DNA of 64,000 bases from Smithellaceae bacterium (lineage in GTDB: Bacteria > Desulfobacterota > Syntrophia > Syntrophales > Smithellaceae). The translations under genes were made by a program, and so were the position numbers. Under the pieces are notes generated by a model that did not search any database, was not told the DNA's origin, and saw only the letters and a list, made by a program, of their open reading frames with translations. The stretch's first letter is position 1; every line of letters begins with the position of its first letter. The stretch is taken from NCBI GenBank assembly GCA_963667845.2, contig CAXXVL010000002.1:224001-288000 (forward strand). The letters are read 5' to 3'. Shown piece after piece: positions 28,232-38,909 of this stretch.

Positions 28232-30334
28232 ATGAACGGGTATGCCGGAAAAATTCTGAGAATCAATTTGACGGACGGGAAAATAACGACGATTCCTACC
28301 AGCCGCTACGAACAGTGGATTGGCGGACATGGCATGGGATCGGCGATTTTCTTTGATCTGGTAAAAGATAAAACCATCGACGGGTTCCATCCGGATAACG
28401 TGGTCACTATCATGACTTCCCCGCTCTCGGGGACGCTGACGCCGGCAGCGGGCGGCCGCACGGAAGTTCAGGGCATCGGGGTCCAGTCCTATCCCATCGG
28501 CTGGTTTACCCGCAGCAACTTCGGCGGCCGATTTTCCGCCATGCTCAAGTATGCGGGATGGGACGGAATTGTCCTGGAAGGTAAAGCCCCCCGGCCGGTC
28601 TGGATCGATATCCGCAATGCAAAAGTCGTCATCCGGGACTGTCAGCCCCTGTCGCTGTGGGGGCAGGATACAAAAGCCTGCCAGGAAACCCTCTGGCGTT
28701 ATGTTGCGGGAGATCGATCCGGAAACGACTGGGTTTCGCCCACCGGAAACCCCGATGAAAGGACCACCCAGCAGCCGGCTGTCCTGGCTATCGGTCCCGC
28801 CGGAGAAAACCTGAGCCGGATGGCCTGCCTGATTCACGACGCCGCCCACGGCTCCGGCCAGGGAGGATTTGGTGCCGTCTGGGGATCGAAGAATCTCAAG
28901 GCTGTGAGCGTGATCGGCACAGACGACATTAAAGTGCATGATCCCAAAGCCTTAATGGCCGCTCGCCTGGAACAGAAGAACCAGTATGCGTTTAATCCGG
29001 ATGGCCCGATAACCGCTCCCGCTCCATCGGGATTTGATCTTCCGCCGGTGCCGGTCGTCCTGTGGGGAATTTTCCCCGGATCAGGAAGGCCCAGGGAGGA
29101 GCAACGCCCCCAGGCCTGCCTGGGCTGCCATTCGGGCTGCCGGGCGCGATACAAAAGCGGGCTGGGCAACGGCGCCATGTGCTTCACGACGGTCTTCTAC
29201 CGAAGTGCTCAATCGCTGGACATTCAGCGCCGGGCCAGTGACCTGCTCAACCGCTACGGCATCAATGCCCACGAAATGATTTTTTGCGATAATTATCTGG
29301 CAGAGTTGAACGCCCGCGGTATTCTCGGCCCGGGAAAAGTGATCGACTGCCCGCTGAATTTCGAGGATCGCGGCAGCCTGGCGTTTGTCGACCAGCTGCT
29401 CACGAGCGTCGCCTATCGCAATGACGGGAAAGACAAGCCCCATGCCTTCGGAGATACACTGGCCGACGGCGTCATCCGGGCCGCAAAAAAATGGGGACGC
29501 CTGGACGGCGATCTGAAAACGGGCCTGCTGCAATTTCCCTTCTGGGGCCTGCCGGTGCACAAGGAACCGACGGCTCAGCTGGAATGGGGCTATGGAACTA
29601 TTTTGGGTGACAGAGATATTAACGAACATGACTTTGACTGGATCAAAATCGATCTTCTCATCGCCCGGTCTCAAGGCAGGGAACCGCGGGTTCCGGCGGG
29701 AACACTGGCCAGGATCGTCACCGATAAAATGGTGCCCTTTCAGGGAGATGAATTGATGCTGGACTACAGCACGGCCAATATGTATTCCGAGCATATGGCC
29801 AAGTTCGTCAGCTGGCACCGCTATTACACCCGCTTCTGGAAACAGTCCGCTCTTTTCTGCGACTGGCGCTGGGCCGACTTTGTTAACGTTCATGCCCCCG
29901 GCAAGATCGGTTCCACGGGCATTGCGGAACCGAAATTTTTCAATGCCGTGACGGGAAAAAATATTACCTTTCTCGACAGCATTGAGCTGGGCCGCAAAAT
30001 TTGGAACCTCGATCACGCCATCTGGACGCTCCAGGGCAGGCATCGCGACATGGTGCGTTTCGCCGACTATGCTTATGACGTGGTCAGCAATGGGGAAGGC
30101 ATGCCCGCCGTGTATCTGCCGGGAAAAGAGAACGGCGAATGGGCCTATATTGATACGCTGGGAAGAACGTTCGACAGGAAAAAGGTTGAAGAATTCAAAA
30201 CGCATTTTTACAAATTGCAGGGCTGGGATGTCGCCTCCGGATATCCGACGCGCCGGACGCTTAACTCTCTGGGACTTGCCCACGTGGCGGATGAACTGCA
30301 AAAAGCCGGTAAACTGGGATCCGGGTCTTCATAA
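28232..30334 (+). CDS. Aldehyde:ferredoxin oxidoreductase family (W/Mo-pterin) enzyme
   Basis: 'GYAGKILRINLT', 'SNFGG.F...LKYAG.DG', 'IGPAGEN', 'G.GAV.GSKNLKA', CxxCxxxC. Confidence 0.92.
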   Translation: MNGYAGKILRINLTDGKITTIPTSRYEQWIGGHGMGSAIFFDLVKDKTIDGFHPDNVVTIMTSPLSGTLTPAAGGRTEVQGIGVQSYPIGWFTRSNFGGRFSAMLKYAGWDGIVLEGKAPRPVWIDIRNAKVVIRDCQPLSLWGQDTKACQETLWRYVAGDRSGNDWVSPTGNPDERTTQQPAVLAIGPAGENLSRMACLIHDAAHGSGQGGFGAVWGSKNLKAVSVIGTDDIKVHDPKALMAARLEQKNQYAFNPDGPITAPAPSGFDLPPVPVVLWGIFPGSGRPREEQRPQACLGCHSGCRARYKSGLGNGAMCFTTVFYRSAQSLDIQRRASDLLNRYGINAHEMIFCDNYLAELNARGILGPGKVIDCPLNFEDRGSLAFVDQLLTSVAYRNDGKDKPHAFGDTLADGVIRAAKKWGRLDGDLKTGLLQFPFWGLPVHKEPTAQLEWGYGTILGDRDINEHDFDWIKIDLLIARSQGREPRVPAGTLARIVTDKMVPFQGDELMLDYSTANMYSEHMAKFVSWHRYYTRFWKQSALFCDWRWADFVNVHAPGKIGSTGIAEPKFFNAVTGKNITFLDSIELGRKIWNLDHAIWTLQGRHRDMVRFADYAYDVVSNGEGMPAVYLPGKENGEWAYIDTLGRTFDRKKVEEFKTHFYKLQGWDVASGYPTRRTLNSLGLAHVADELQKAGKLGSGSS

Positions 30335-30346
30335 AAGGAGGAGGAA

Positions 30347-31330
30347 ATGATGATTCATCTCCGGATAAAAATAATCGTCGCGATTCTGGTTCTGATGATT
30401 TTTGTTTCAGCGGGCCTTGCGGATGTGAACCCCGCCACAGCTGTGAAATCAAAAGACGCCGCGAAGGCCATTGAATCGAAACAGGTGAACATCTGGAGCG
30501 ACGGCACACGGATGTCCGGCACGGTCTTTTATCCCCAGGGACTTACGTCCCGGGACAAGCTGCCGGGAATTATTCTCTGCCACGGCTGGGGCGGTCTCCG
30601 ACTACATTTGAATGCCGCCATTGCCCCGCTCTTTGCCGAGGCGGGCTATATTGTGCTGACCTTTGATTACCGCGGCTGGGGCGACAGCGACAGCCGTCTG
30701 GTCATCAAGGGCGCCATGCCGGCTCCCGATGCCCAAGGCGAAGTGACCGTCCGGGCGCGCGCGGTCCGGGAACTGGTCGATCCCTTCGACCAGACCGAAG
30801 ACATTATCGCGGCCCTGGATTTTCTTTCGGGAGAACCCGGGGTGGACACCAAACGGATCGGCCTGTGGGGAACCAGCTTCGGCGGCGGCCATGTTGTCTA
30901 CGTCGCAGCCAAAGATAATCGCGTACGGTGTATCGTCAGTCAGGTCCCGTCGATGGACGGCAGTTGGGTAAACCGGTTCTTCGATCCCCGCAAAATGGCG
31001 ACCGAGAGGGCACGCGGGGAAATCGATCCGGTACCTCAGGGAGTGAATGCCGTGCCCGGCCTCCAGGGCACACCGTACCTGTCACGGATTGCACAGTATC
31101 GTCCCGTGGAGGCAGCCTCCACGCTGAAAATTCCCGTTTTGATCATTGCCGCGGAAAAAGAAAAACTGATGGACAACCGGGAGCATGGCGAAAAAGTTTA
31201 TAACATCGTCGTCAGGAACCGCGTACCGGCAAAATATGAGACCATTCCGGGGACTCACTTTGAAATTTACAGCACCTATCGAAACCGGGCCATCGCATCA
31301 GCCATCGCCTGGTTTGACAAATATCTGTAA
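30347..31330 (+). CDS. Secreted alpha/beta hydrolase
   Basis: Signal peptide; HGWGG oxyanion motif, GTSFGG nucleophile elbow, C-terminal His 'GTHF'. Confidence 0.9.
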   Translation: MMIHLRIKIIVAILVLMIFVSAGLADVNPATAVKSKDAAKAIESKQVNIWSDGTRMSGTVFYPQGLTSRDKLPGIILCHGWGGLRLHLNAAIAPLFAEAGYIVLTFDYRGWGDSDSRLVIKGAMPAPDAQGEVTVRARAVRELVDPFDQTEDIIAALDFLSGEPGVDTKRIGLWGTSFGGGHVVYVAAKDNRVRCIVSQVPSMDGSWVNRFFDPRKMATERARGEIDPVPQGVNAVPGLQGTPYLSRIAQYRPVEAASTLKIPVLIIAAEKEKLMDNREHGEKVYNIVVRNRVPAKYETIPGTHFEIYSTYRNRAIASAIAWFDKYL

Positions 31331-31446
31331 AAATATTTGTCTGGCCCCCCGATCTTCTGCCCGTTTAACGATCATAATCGTGATTTGAAATAGGGATGAT
31401 GCGACAACGAAGCAGGACCCGCTTCTTTTCTTTGGCGCAGAACCGG

Positions 31447-32907
31447 TTAATCGTGTTTTGTCTTCGAATTCCTTGCCGACCGACTCACTGCAGGTTGCGG
31501 CGGCGCACAGGAGCTGTGTCTTGACCCGACGGGCATTCCCGAGGGAAACACATACCGCACCGCCCTTTCATAAAGCAGGTAATCCCAGGCCCAGTTGATA
31601 AGCACCATGACCCGGTTACGGAAACCGATGAGATTGAAGAGATGGATGATGAGCCAGAGCACCCAGGCCGGAAATCCCCTGAATGTCTTTTCACCGATTG
31701 CTACGCCTGCCGCCTTCCGGCCGATGGCGATCATGGAGCCGCGATCATTATAGCGGAATGCCTCCGCTGATCTTCCGGCAATGTCCGCCAGAATATTTTT
31801 CGCGGCGGCAACGCCCGATTGAATGGCCACCTGGGCCACCATCGGCAGGATGCGCCCGTCTTCCCGGATGGAGGCCAGATCGCCGATAACGTAAACACCG
31901 GGATGGTCGATAACCTGCAAGGTGTCCTGCACCGCCACGCGTCCGTCCCGCACGATCGGAATATTGGAGTCGGCGGCCAGCTCTTCACCGCGAACGCCTG
32001 CCGTCCAAACCACTGTATGGGTTCTTATGGATTCCGATCCCCGGCTTATTCCGTAGGGAACGGTTTCAATCACCTGATCGCCCGAAGGCGGCACGAGGTG
32101 ACGCGACCGTCCCCGGCTTGCTGTGCCATTCTTATTGATGTCTTTGATTCCCCCATTTTGCAGAACAGCCATATCCGGCGTAACTTCGGCAACCGCAGCT
32201 TTCAGACGCACGTCGACTCCCATCCGGTAAAGCCTTTCCATCGTGTAGTCGCGGATATTGCCGGGCATGGGTGAAACCAGATGGCCTGCCGCCTCCAGCA
32301 GCAAAATCCGCACATCGGAAAAATCAATGGTGGGATAGTCCTTGACGAGCGGTCCCGCAATCAGTTCGGCCAGCGCCCCCGCATACTCCACGCCGGTCGC
32401 CCCGCCACCCACGATGACAAAGGTCAGCAGGCTTTTTCTCCGGACTGCGTCGGTCTCGTGCGCCGCCGCCTCAAAACAGCAGATGATGTGATTCTTCAAC
32501 GCGACGGCTTCCTCAAGCGTTTTGAGAAAATAGGCATGCTCGGCGACACCCGGCACGCCGAAGGTTGCGGTGACGCTGCCGGTGGACAGGATCAGGTAAT
32601 CGTAGGCAACCGGACGGTCATCCGTTTCGATGATCCGGTTTTGCAGATCAATGCGCCGGGCGTGGGCCAGGACGAAATCAATATTGGGAATGTTCCAGAA
32701 AACGCTGCGCACCGGGTAGGCGATATCTTCAGCGTCCAGTTCCGCGGCCGCCACCTGGTAGAGCAGCGCCAGAAAGGTGTGGTAGTTGTTGCGGTCGATG
32801 ACCACGACATCCACCGGTTGATGGGCAAGCGTTCGCGCGGCCCACAGACCGCCGAAGCCCGCCCCGACGATGACGACTTTCGGCTTTTTATTTTCGGTTG
32901 GATTCAT
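31447..32907 (-). CDS. ndh: Type II NADH dehydrogenase (FAD-dependent) with internal insertion
   Basis: GAGFGG, 'LLYQVA', 'VGGGATGVE.AG', 'WTAG', 'IGD', 'AQVAIQ'. Confidence 0.9.
   Translation of the reverse strand: MNPTENKKPKVVIVGAGFGGLWAARTLAHQPVDVVVIDRNNYHTFLALLYQVAAAELDAEDIAYPVRSVFWNIPNIDFVLAHARRIDLQNRIIETDDRPVAYDYLILSTGSVTATFGVPGVAEHAYFLKTLEEAVALKNHIICCFEAAAHETDAVRRKSLLTFVIVGGGATGVEYAGALAELIAGPLVKDYPTIDFSDVRILLLEAAGHLVSPMPGNIRDYTMERLYRMGVDVRLKAAVAEVTPDMAVLQNGGIKDINKNGTASRGRSRHLVPPSGDQVIETVPYGISRGSESIRTHTVVWTAGVRGEELAADSNIPIVRDGRVAVQDTLQVIDHPGVYVIGDLASIREDGRILPMVAQVAIQSGVAAAKNILADIAGRSAEAFRYNDRGSMIAIGRKAAGVAIGEKTFRGFPAWVLWLIIHLFNLIGFRNRVMVLINWAWDYLLYERAVRYVFPSGMPVGSRHSSCAPPQPAVSRSARNSKTKHD
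32053..32114. repeat. GTAG-type REP-like palindrome inside ndh
   Basis: GTAGGGAACGGT...TCACCT...CGCC-CGAA-GGCG...AGGTGA...ACCGTCCCC. Confidence 0.6.
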
Positions 32908-32923
32908 CTTGACCCTTTAATTT

Positions 32924-33077
32924 CCCTCTCCTTCAGGGGGAGAGGGTTAGGGTGAGGAAGAAGACCGTGTACGACCCAGCACTAAAGTCATACAATATCA
33001 CTCTTGCCCGGTTAACACTGCCTGTGATGATTCACCTGTATCAAGGAATTGCCCCTCCCGCGGCAGGAGGGGTAATT
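32924..33077. repeat. Pair of CCCTCTCC/GGAGAGGG-type hairpin repeats
   Basis: CCCTCTCCTTCAGGGGGAGAGGGTTAGGGTGAGG and AATTGCCCCTCC-N7-GGAGGGGTAATT. Confidence 0.6.
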
Positions 33078-33081
33078 GGAG

Positions 33082-35592
33082 TTATCTCTTTTTTGAAACC
33101 GGCTTCACGGCAGATGCCGGTTTTTTCTTTTTTATTTTCACCGCCGGTTTCGGGCTTTTCTGCGGCGCGGTTTTCGCCTTTTCAGGCCTCACCTTGCCCG
33201 TCTTTTTTTCCTTCGCAGGTTCCAGCGCCAGTTTTACGACGTCCATCATGTCGGTCATAAAGTGGAACTCGATATTCTTCTGCACGTTGGCCGGAATGTC
33301 TTCCAGGTCTTTCTCGTTCCATGCCGGCAGCAGAATAGTCTTAATACCGGCGCGATAGGCGGCCAGCACTTTTTCCTTGATGCCGCCCACCGGCAGCACC
33401 GCGCCGCGCAGCGTGATTTCTCCGGTCATCGCCAATTGCTTTTTGACCTTGCGATTGGTGATGAGAGACATCAGGGCCGTGAGCATCGTCACGCCCGCCG
33501 ACGGCCCGTCCTTGGGTGTCGCGCCCGCCGGAACATGGATATGGATGTCCACATTTTCAAAGAAATCCGGGTCCACACCCAGTTCCTTGGCATTGGTACG
33601 GATGAAGCTTAAGGCCGCCGTGACGGATTCCTTCATGACGTCGCCCAGCTGGCCGGTCAGCGTCAGACCCTTCTTGCCTTTCATGGCCGTGGCTTCAATA
33701 AAGAGCATATCGCCGCCCACCGGCGTCCAGGCAAGCCCGATGGCAATGCCGGGCCGGGTAATGCGCCAGTCGATATCGGTCGGGACGCGCACGGCGCCCA
33801 GATACCGGTGAATATCTCTTTCCGACACGGTCTTGGATTTGATAAGGCCCTCGGCAATCTGCGCAGCCACGCCGCGGCAGGCATTGGCAATTTCGCGCTC
33901 CAGGTTGCGCACGCCCGCTTCACGCGTGTACCCGGTAATAATCGTCAAAAGCGCCTTGGTCGTCAGCTTGAATTGCGACGCCGTCAGACCGTTTTCCTTC
34001 AGCTGCCGCGGGATCAGATACTTCTCGGCAATCTTCACCTTCTCCTCCTGCGTGTAGCCGGTCAGTTCAATGACTTCCAGGCGATCCAGCAGCGCCGGAG
34101 GAATCGTGTCGAGCATATTGGCCGTCGCAATGAACAGGACCTTGGACAGATCAAAGGGCACGTCCAGATAATGGTCGGTAAAGGTGTTGTTCTGCTGGGG
34201 GTCCAAAACCTCCAAAAGCGCGGACGAAGGATCGCCCCGGTAATCGCTGCCGAGTTTATCGATTTCGTCGAGCATGAACACGGGATTGTTGGACTCTGCG
34301 CGCCTCAGCCCCTGGATAACACGCCCCGGCAAAGCACCGATGTAGGTGCGGCGATGGCCGCGAATTTCCGCCTCATCGCGCATGCCGCCCAGTGCCATGC
34401 GCACAAACTTGCGCCCCAGCGACCGCGCAATAGAATGCCCCAGCGACGTCTTGCCCGTGCCCGGAGGGCCCACAAAGCAAAGAATCGGCCCCTTGGAATC
34501 CGGCTTCAGCTTGCGCACAGCCAGATATTCAACGATGCGCTTTTTCGGTTTTGCAAGCCCGTAATGGTCGTCATCCAGAATCTGGCGCGCCTTGACGATG
34601 TCCAGATTGTCCGTGGTAGCCTTATGCCAGGGCAGCGCCGTAATCCAGTCGAGATACGTTGACGAAACCGTATATTCCGCCGAAGACGGATGCATGCGCG
34701 ACAGCCGGTCCAATTCCCGTTCAGCTTCTTTTTTCGCCTCCTCGGGAAGGTTGGCTTCGTCTATTTTCTTTCGATACTCGTCCGTCTCCACAACGTTTTC
34801 ATCAGTCTCGCCCAGCTCCTGTTTGATGGCTTTCAGCTGCTGACGCAGGTAGTAATCCCGCTGGCTCTTATCGATATCATCCTTGACCTTCGTCTGAATC
34901 TTATTGCCCAACTCCAGGACTTCCATCTGGTGATTAACCAGTTTGGTCAACTCCCGGAGACGTTCTTTGACATCGACGTTACCCAGGACCTTTTGCTTTT
35001 CCTCCACCGGGGCATTGATGATGGACGCGATCAGATCGGCGAGCGTCCCTGCTTCGGTAATGGATTTGGCCATGGGCCCGAACTCCGGCGGCAGAAACGG
35101 CGACAATTTCAGAATGCGGTCGAAAAGCGACAGCAGATTCGCCATCAACGCCTCGGTCTCGATATCTTTGACATCCGTTTCTTCAAGGATTTTAATGCGA
35201 GCCTGCTGGTAGGGTTTGCCCTCCTCTTCAATCAATTCGACAATCGAGAAGCGGCTGATGCCCTGAAGTAGCATCTGGGTCCTGTTCTCCGACGCTTTGG
35301 CCATCTTCAGAATGACGGCGCAGGTGCCGACGGCATGCAGGTCATCCAGCGTATAGTGGTTGGGTGTGGCCGGCTCCTTCTTCGCCATGACAAGACCGAC
35401 CAGGCGGTCCTTGGTCATCGCTTCGTCCACGAGGACGGATGCACTGCCCGTGACCTCCAGGGGAATCATGGTTTTGGGAAACACGAGCACATTGCCCAGC
35501 GGAAGGATAGGAATGACTTCCGGAATATTGAAACCGCCTTTATTTTCCACTTTATTTTCGACTGTATTTTCAGACCCGTCTTGTTGAGTCAT
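33082..35592 (-). CDS. lon: ATP-dependent Lon protease
   Basis: LON N-domain, GPPGTGKTS, 'GHRRTYIGA', 'PKDGPSAG', 'KEK'. Confidence 0.98.
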   Translation of the reverse strand: MTQQDGSENTVENKVENKGGFNIPEVIPILPLGNVLVFPKTMIPLEVTGSASVLVDEAMTKDRLVGLVMAKKEPATPNHYTLDDLHAVGTCAVILKMAKASENRTQMLLQGISRFSIVELIEEEGKPYQQARIKILEETDVKDIETEALMANLLSLFDRILKLSPFLPPEFGPMAKSITEAGTLADLIASIINAPVEEKQKVLGNVDVKERLRELTKLVNHQMEVLELGNKIQTKVKDDIDKSQRDYYLRQQLKAIKQELGETDENVVETDEYRKKIDEANLPEEAKKEAERELDRLSRMHPSSAEYTVSSTYLDWITALPWHKATTDNLDIVKARQILDDDHYGLAKPKKRIVEYLAVRKLKPDSKGPILCFVGPPGTGKTSLGHSIARSLGRKFVRMALGGMRDEAEIRGHRRTYIGALPGRVIQGLRRAESNNPVFMLDEIDKLGSDYRGDPSSALLEVLDPQQNNTFTDHYLDVPFDLSKVLFIATANMLDTIPPALLDRLEVIELTGYTQEEKVKIAEKYLIPRQLKENGLTASQFKLTTKALLTIITGYTREAGVRNLEREIANACRGVAAQIAEGLIKSKTVSERDIHRYLGAVRVPTDIDWRITRPGIAIGLAWTPVGGDMLFIEATAMKGKKGLTLTGQLGDVMKESVTAALSFIRTNAKELGVDPDFFENVDIHIHVPAGATPKDGPSAGVTMLTALMSLITNRKVKKQLAMTGEITLRGAVLPVGGIKEKVLAAYRAGIKTILLPAWNEKDLEDIPANVQKNIEFHFMTDMMDVVKLALEPAKEKKTGKVRPEKAKTAPQKSPKPAVKIKKKKPASAVKPVSKKR

Positions 35593-35629
35593 GGTAACCT
35601 CCAAATGTTGATGTCGAGTAATCGGTCAG

Positions 35630-36064
35630 CTATTCGGTCGAAATGACCACCCTGTGCATTTTACTGGCCGGTAATTTATTGATCCTTACGACCAGAATGC
35701 CGTCCGCGTAGGACGCAACTGCTGATTGGGCATCCACCGGTGCGGGCAGGACAATGTTTCTTTCAAAATAGCCATGCGGAATTTCCGCCTGAACATAGCG
35801 CGCATTGTGCAGAAGCTGAATCGCTTTGCGGATGCCCGCGATTTTCATCTTCTTGCGGTCCACCTCGATGTGCAGTTCTTCCCGGTCGAGACCCGCCATA
35901 TCCGCAAGGACGATGACTTCCTCAACCGATTCATACACATCGACGTTGGGGCGCCAGAATTCATAGTTACTGAAAGCCGGGCGCACCAGATGAAAGACTT
36001 CATCCACCGCTTTTTGAAATTCATCTTCAAAATTACTGCCAAAATTAATTTTTATGTAAGTCAT
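35630..36064 (-). CDS. Hsp20 small heat-shock protein
   Basis: 'P.VDVYE', 'G.FER.I.LP..VD...A.ASY.DGIL'. Confidence 0.93.
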   Translation of the reverse strand: MTYIKINFGSNFEDEFQKAVDEVFHLVRPAFSNYEFWRPNVDVYESVEEVIVLADMAGLDREELHIEVDRKKMKIAGIRKAIQLLHNARYVQAEIPHGYFERNIVLPAPVDAQSAVASYADGILVVRINKLPASKMHRVVISTE

Positions 36065-36105
36065 TTCCGCCGCCTCTTGGATTAGTTTTTTGAATTCCTG
36101 GGCAA

Positions 36106-36134
36106 ATTATAGTTATTGGACGCCGATTTGTAAA
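36106..36134 (-). promoter_or_regulatory. sigma70-type promoter for hsp20-lon
   Basis: TTTACA-N17-TATAAT on the minus strand. Confidence 0.65.
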
Positions 36135-36359
36135 GACTGCCTGTCAAACCCGGGAACATCACGCTGAAATCAGCCCCCACACCGGTTTGTTCGCCTCAGG
36201 CAGAGAGCCCCCAAAAAATAGCTGGTTAAATAAACCATACTTTGCTATGGGTAAGCTCGCTTTGCTAAAAAAATTAGCGTAATGGACATCCCTTCGGTAA
36301 AGAATAGCTTTATCCTATCCGATACGAATTCACCCAGATGACCCATAAGAAAGAGAAAA

Positions 36360-38180
36360 ATGAAAAAAGATCATTTAAGAAATGTTGCTATTATTGCCCA
36401 TGTTGATCATGGGAAAACCACGCTGCTCAATGCGATGCTGAAGCAAACCGGCATTTTCCGCGCCAATCAGGCCGTGGAAGACCGTGTCATGGATTCCATG
36501 GCCCTGGAAAAGGAACGCGGCATCACGATTGCGGCCAAGAATACCGCGATCGACTATCACGGCGTGAAAATCAATATCGTCGATACGCCCGGCCATGCCG
36601 ACTTCGGCGGCGAAGTCGAACGCAGCCTCAACATGGTGGACGGCGCAATGCTGCTGGTCGATGCCAGCGAAGGTCCGCTGCCGCAGACCCGCTTTGTGTT
36701 GAAAAAAGCACTGGCGCTGCATCTGCCGATCATTTTGGTTATCAATAAAATAGACCGCCCCGACGCCCGCATCGAGGAAGTCATCAACGAGACGTATGAT
36801 CTTTTTATCGATCTGGGCGCCGAAGAGCATCAAATCGAGTTCCCGATTTTATACACCAACTCCAAGATCGGCGTCAGCCACAAGAAACTTGGCGACGACA
36901 GCGCCGATCTTCAGCCTCTTCTGCAGGCCATTATTGACTCCATCCCGGCGCCTGTGGGCGATGATGACGGCAATACGCAATTCCTGGTCACCAACCTGGA
37001 TTATGATTCTTATGTCGGTCAGATTGCCGTCGGCCGCCTGCAAAGCGGAAAGCTGGAAATGAATAAACTCTATACCCTGTGCGCAAAAGAAAAAACCGTG
37101 AGCGGTGTGAAACTGTCCGCGCTTTATGAGTTTCACGGACTGGCTAAAAAATCGGTCACCGTCGCGGAATCAGGCGATATTCTTTCGCTGGCCGGCGTGG
37201 AAAATGTCACCATCGGCGATACGATTTCGTCCCTGGATAATCCGCAGCCTCTGCCGCGTTTGATCGTAGACGAGCCGACCGTCTCCATGATCTTTTACGT
37301 CAATGACGGACCCTTTGCCGGCAAAGAAGGAAAATATTTAACGTCCCGCCATTTACTGGAACGCCTCGAAAAAGAATCCCTGCGTAACGTCGCCGTCAAA
37401 ATCAAAAAGCTCGGCCGCACCGACGCATTTGAAGTGTGCGGACGCGGAGAACTGCAGATGGCCGTGCTCATCGAAACCATGCGCCGTGAAGGATTCGAAA
37501 TGGCCGTGTCCAAGCCGCAGGTCATCACCAAAAAACAGGACGGTAAAATCCTCGAACCGGTAGAGAGACTATTTTTGGACATCCCGGAAGAATTTGTCGG
37601 CAGAATCACGGAAAAGCTGTCCATCCGCAAGGGAAGGCTCGAAAGCCTGGTAAATAAAGGCAGCGGCCGGGTCAGCATGGAATTCCTGATCCCCTCGCGC
37701 GGCCTGATCGGCTTCCGCAGCCAGTTCCTGACGGACACCAAAGGCGGCGGCGTGATGAATTCTCTCCTGGAAGACTACGCGCCGTGGTTTGGCGCCATTC
37801 CCCAGCGCAGCACGGGCGTGCTCGTAGCAGACCGCGCCGGTCGTGTGACGGGTTACGCCAGTTTCGCGATGGAAGACCGCGGCGAAATGCTTGTGGACGT
37901 CGGAATGGAAGTCTACGCCGGCATGGTCGTCGGAGAGCGCAACCGCACACAGGATTTGAACGTCAATATCGTCAAGGAAAAGAAGCTGACCAACATGCGG
38001 GCATCCACGTCCGACGCCACCATCATCCTGCGCCCGCCGCGGATTTTGTCTCTGGATCAGGCCATCGAATTCATCGCCGAAGACGAACTGGTGGAAGTCA
38101 CACCGCAAAGCGTGCGTCTGCGCAAGATGGAGCTCGACGCCACGCGCCGTCAGATGAAAGCCCGTCGGGAGGATGATTAG
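36360..38180 (+). CDS. typA: Translational GTPase TypA/BipA
   Basis: [27 protein letters not shown], 'GRGELQ...LIETMRREG'. Confidence 0.98.
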   Translation: MKKDHLRNVAIIAHVDHGKTTLLNAMLKQTGIFRANQAVEDRVMDSMALEKERGITIAAKNTAIDYHGVKINIVDTPGHADFGGEVERSLNMVDGAMLLVDASEGPLPQTRFVLKKALALHLPIILVINKIDRPDARIEEVINETYDLFIDLGAEEHQIEFPILYTNSKIGVSHKKLGDDSADLQPLLQAIIDSIPAPVGDDDGNTQFLVTNLDYDSYVGQIAVGRLQSGKLEMNKLYTLCAKEKTVSGVKLSALYEFHGLAKKSVTVAESGDILSLAGVENVTIGDTISSLDNPQPLPRLIVDEPTVSMIFYVNDGPFAGKEGKYLTSRHLLERLEKESLRNVAVKIKKLGRTDAFEVCGRGELQMAVLIETMRREGFEMAVSKPQVITKKQDGKILEPVERLFLDIPEEFVGRITEKLSIRKGRLESLVNKGSGRVSMEFLIPSRGLIGFRSQFLTDTKGGGVMNSLLEDYAPWFGAIPQRSTGVLVADRAGRVTGYASFAMEDRGEMLVDVGMEVYAGMVVGERNRTQDLNVNIVKEKKLTNMRASTSDATIILRPPRILSLDQAIEFIAEDELVEVTPQSVRLRKMELDATRRQMKARREDD

Positions 38181-38317
38181 ACCAAAAATTTGCCCCTGGC
38201 AGGATGCAGATAGATTGAGTCACTCACCAATTCGCGAGGCCGTCAGGCACGCTCCCATGGCCGGCATTTTTATCTGAGGAGATGGAACAAGTCATTTTGG
38301 GATATGAGGCGGATGGG

Positions 38318-38659
38318 TTAATCTGCGTATTTCAGACACTGTCTCAGATTTCCATCCCGGTAAAAAATGATCTGACCGTCTGCCTGACAATTCGTGTCGC
38401 CGATTGTCACATTGTCGGACAAGACACACGATTCCAGTTTATCGCCGTCGTAAAACCTGATGGCCGCGAAATCTTTACACACGACACCATTGATAAAATA
38501 TTTATCTTTGAGCGTGCATTCTTTTAACGATCCGTCGTCGTTGACCGTGACGAATGACCCATCACTGCAGATAGACTTATCAGCAGCCTGGAGAGTTAAA
38601 GCCGCAGTAAGCAGACAAAGATAAATAACGGCACAAATAAAAGCTGTCCTCTTAATCAT
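38318..38659 (-). CDS. Small secreted protein with Cys-containing beta-repeats
   Basis: AAGGAGG RBS; signal peptide; three 'D(G)xLxxC' units. Confidence 0.75.
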   Translation of the reverse strand: MIKRTAFICAVIYLCLLTAALTLQAADKSICSDGSFVTVNDDGSLKECTLKDKYFINGVVCKDFAAIRFYDGDKLESCVLSDNVTIGDTNCQADGQIIFYRDGNLRQCLKYAD

Positions 38660-38909
38660 ATCTGTTCCTCCTTATTCTTCAATTTCAGCCTCACACGGCA
38701 TCTATCGTCCAGGGCTCACTATTCTTTTTAAATATATCGTCAAAAAAGGATTCGTCAATGAAACGAAGAGCTGCGGATGTTCGTCATATTCATCATTTAT
38801 CTTTTTCGAAGTTAATCGCCTGCCGGCCCTTTTTGACATCTGAACTGCCGGCCTTACATTAGCCCTGTGGCCTCCGGACAGTTGGCGGAGGATCCAAAAA
38901 GAGGCGTTG

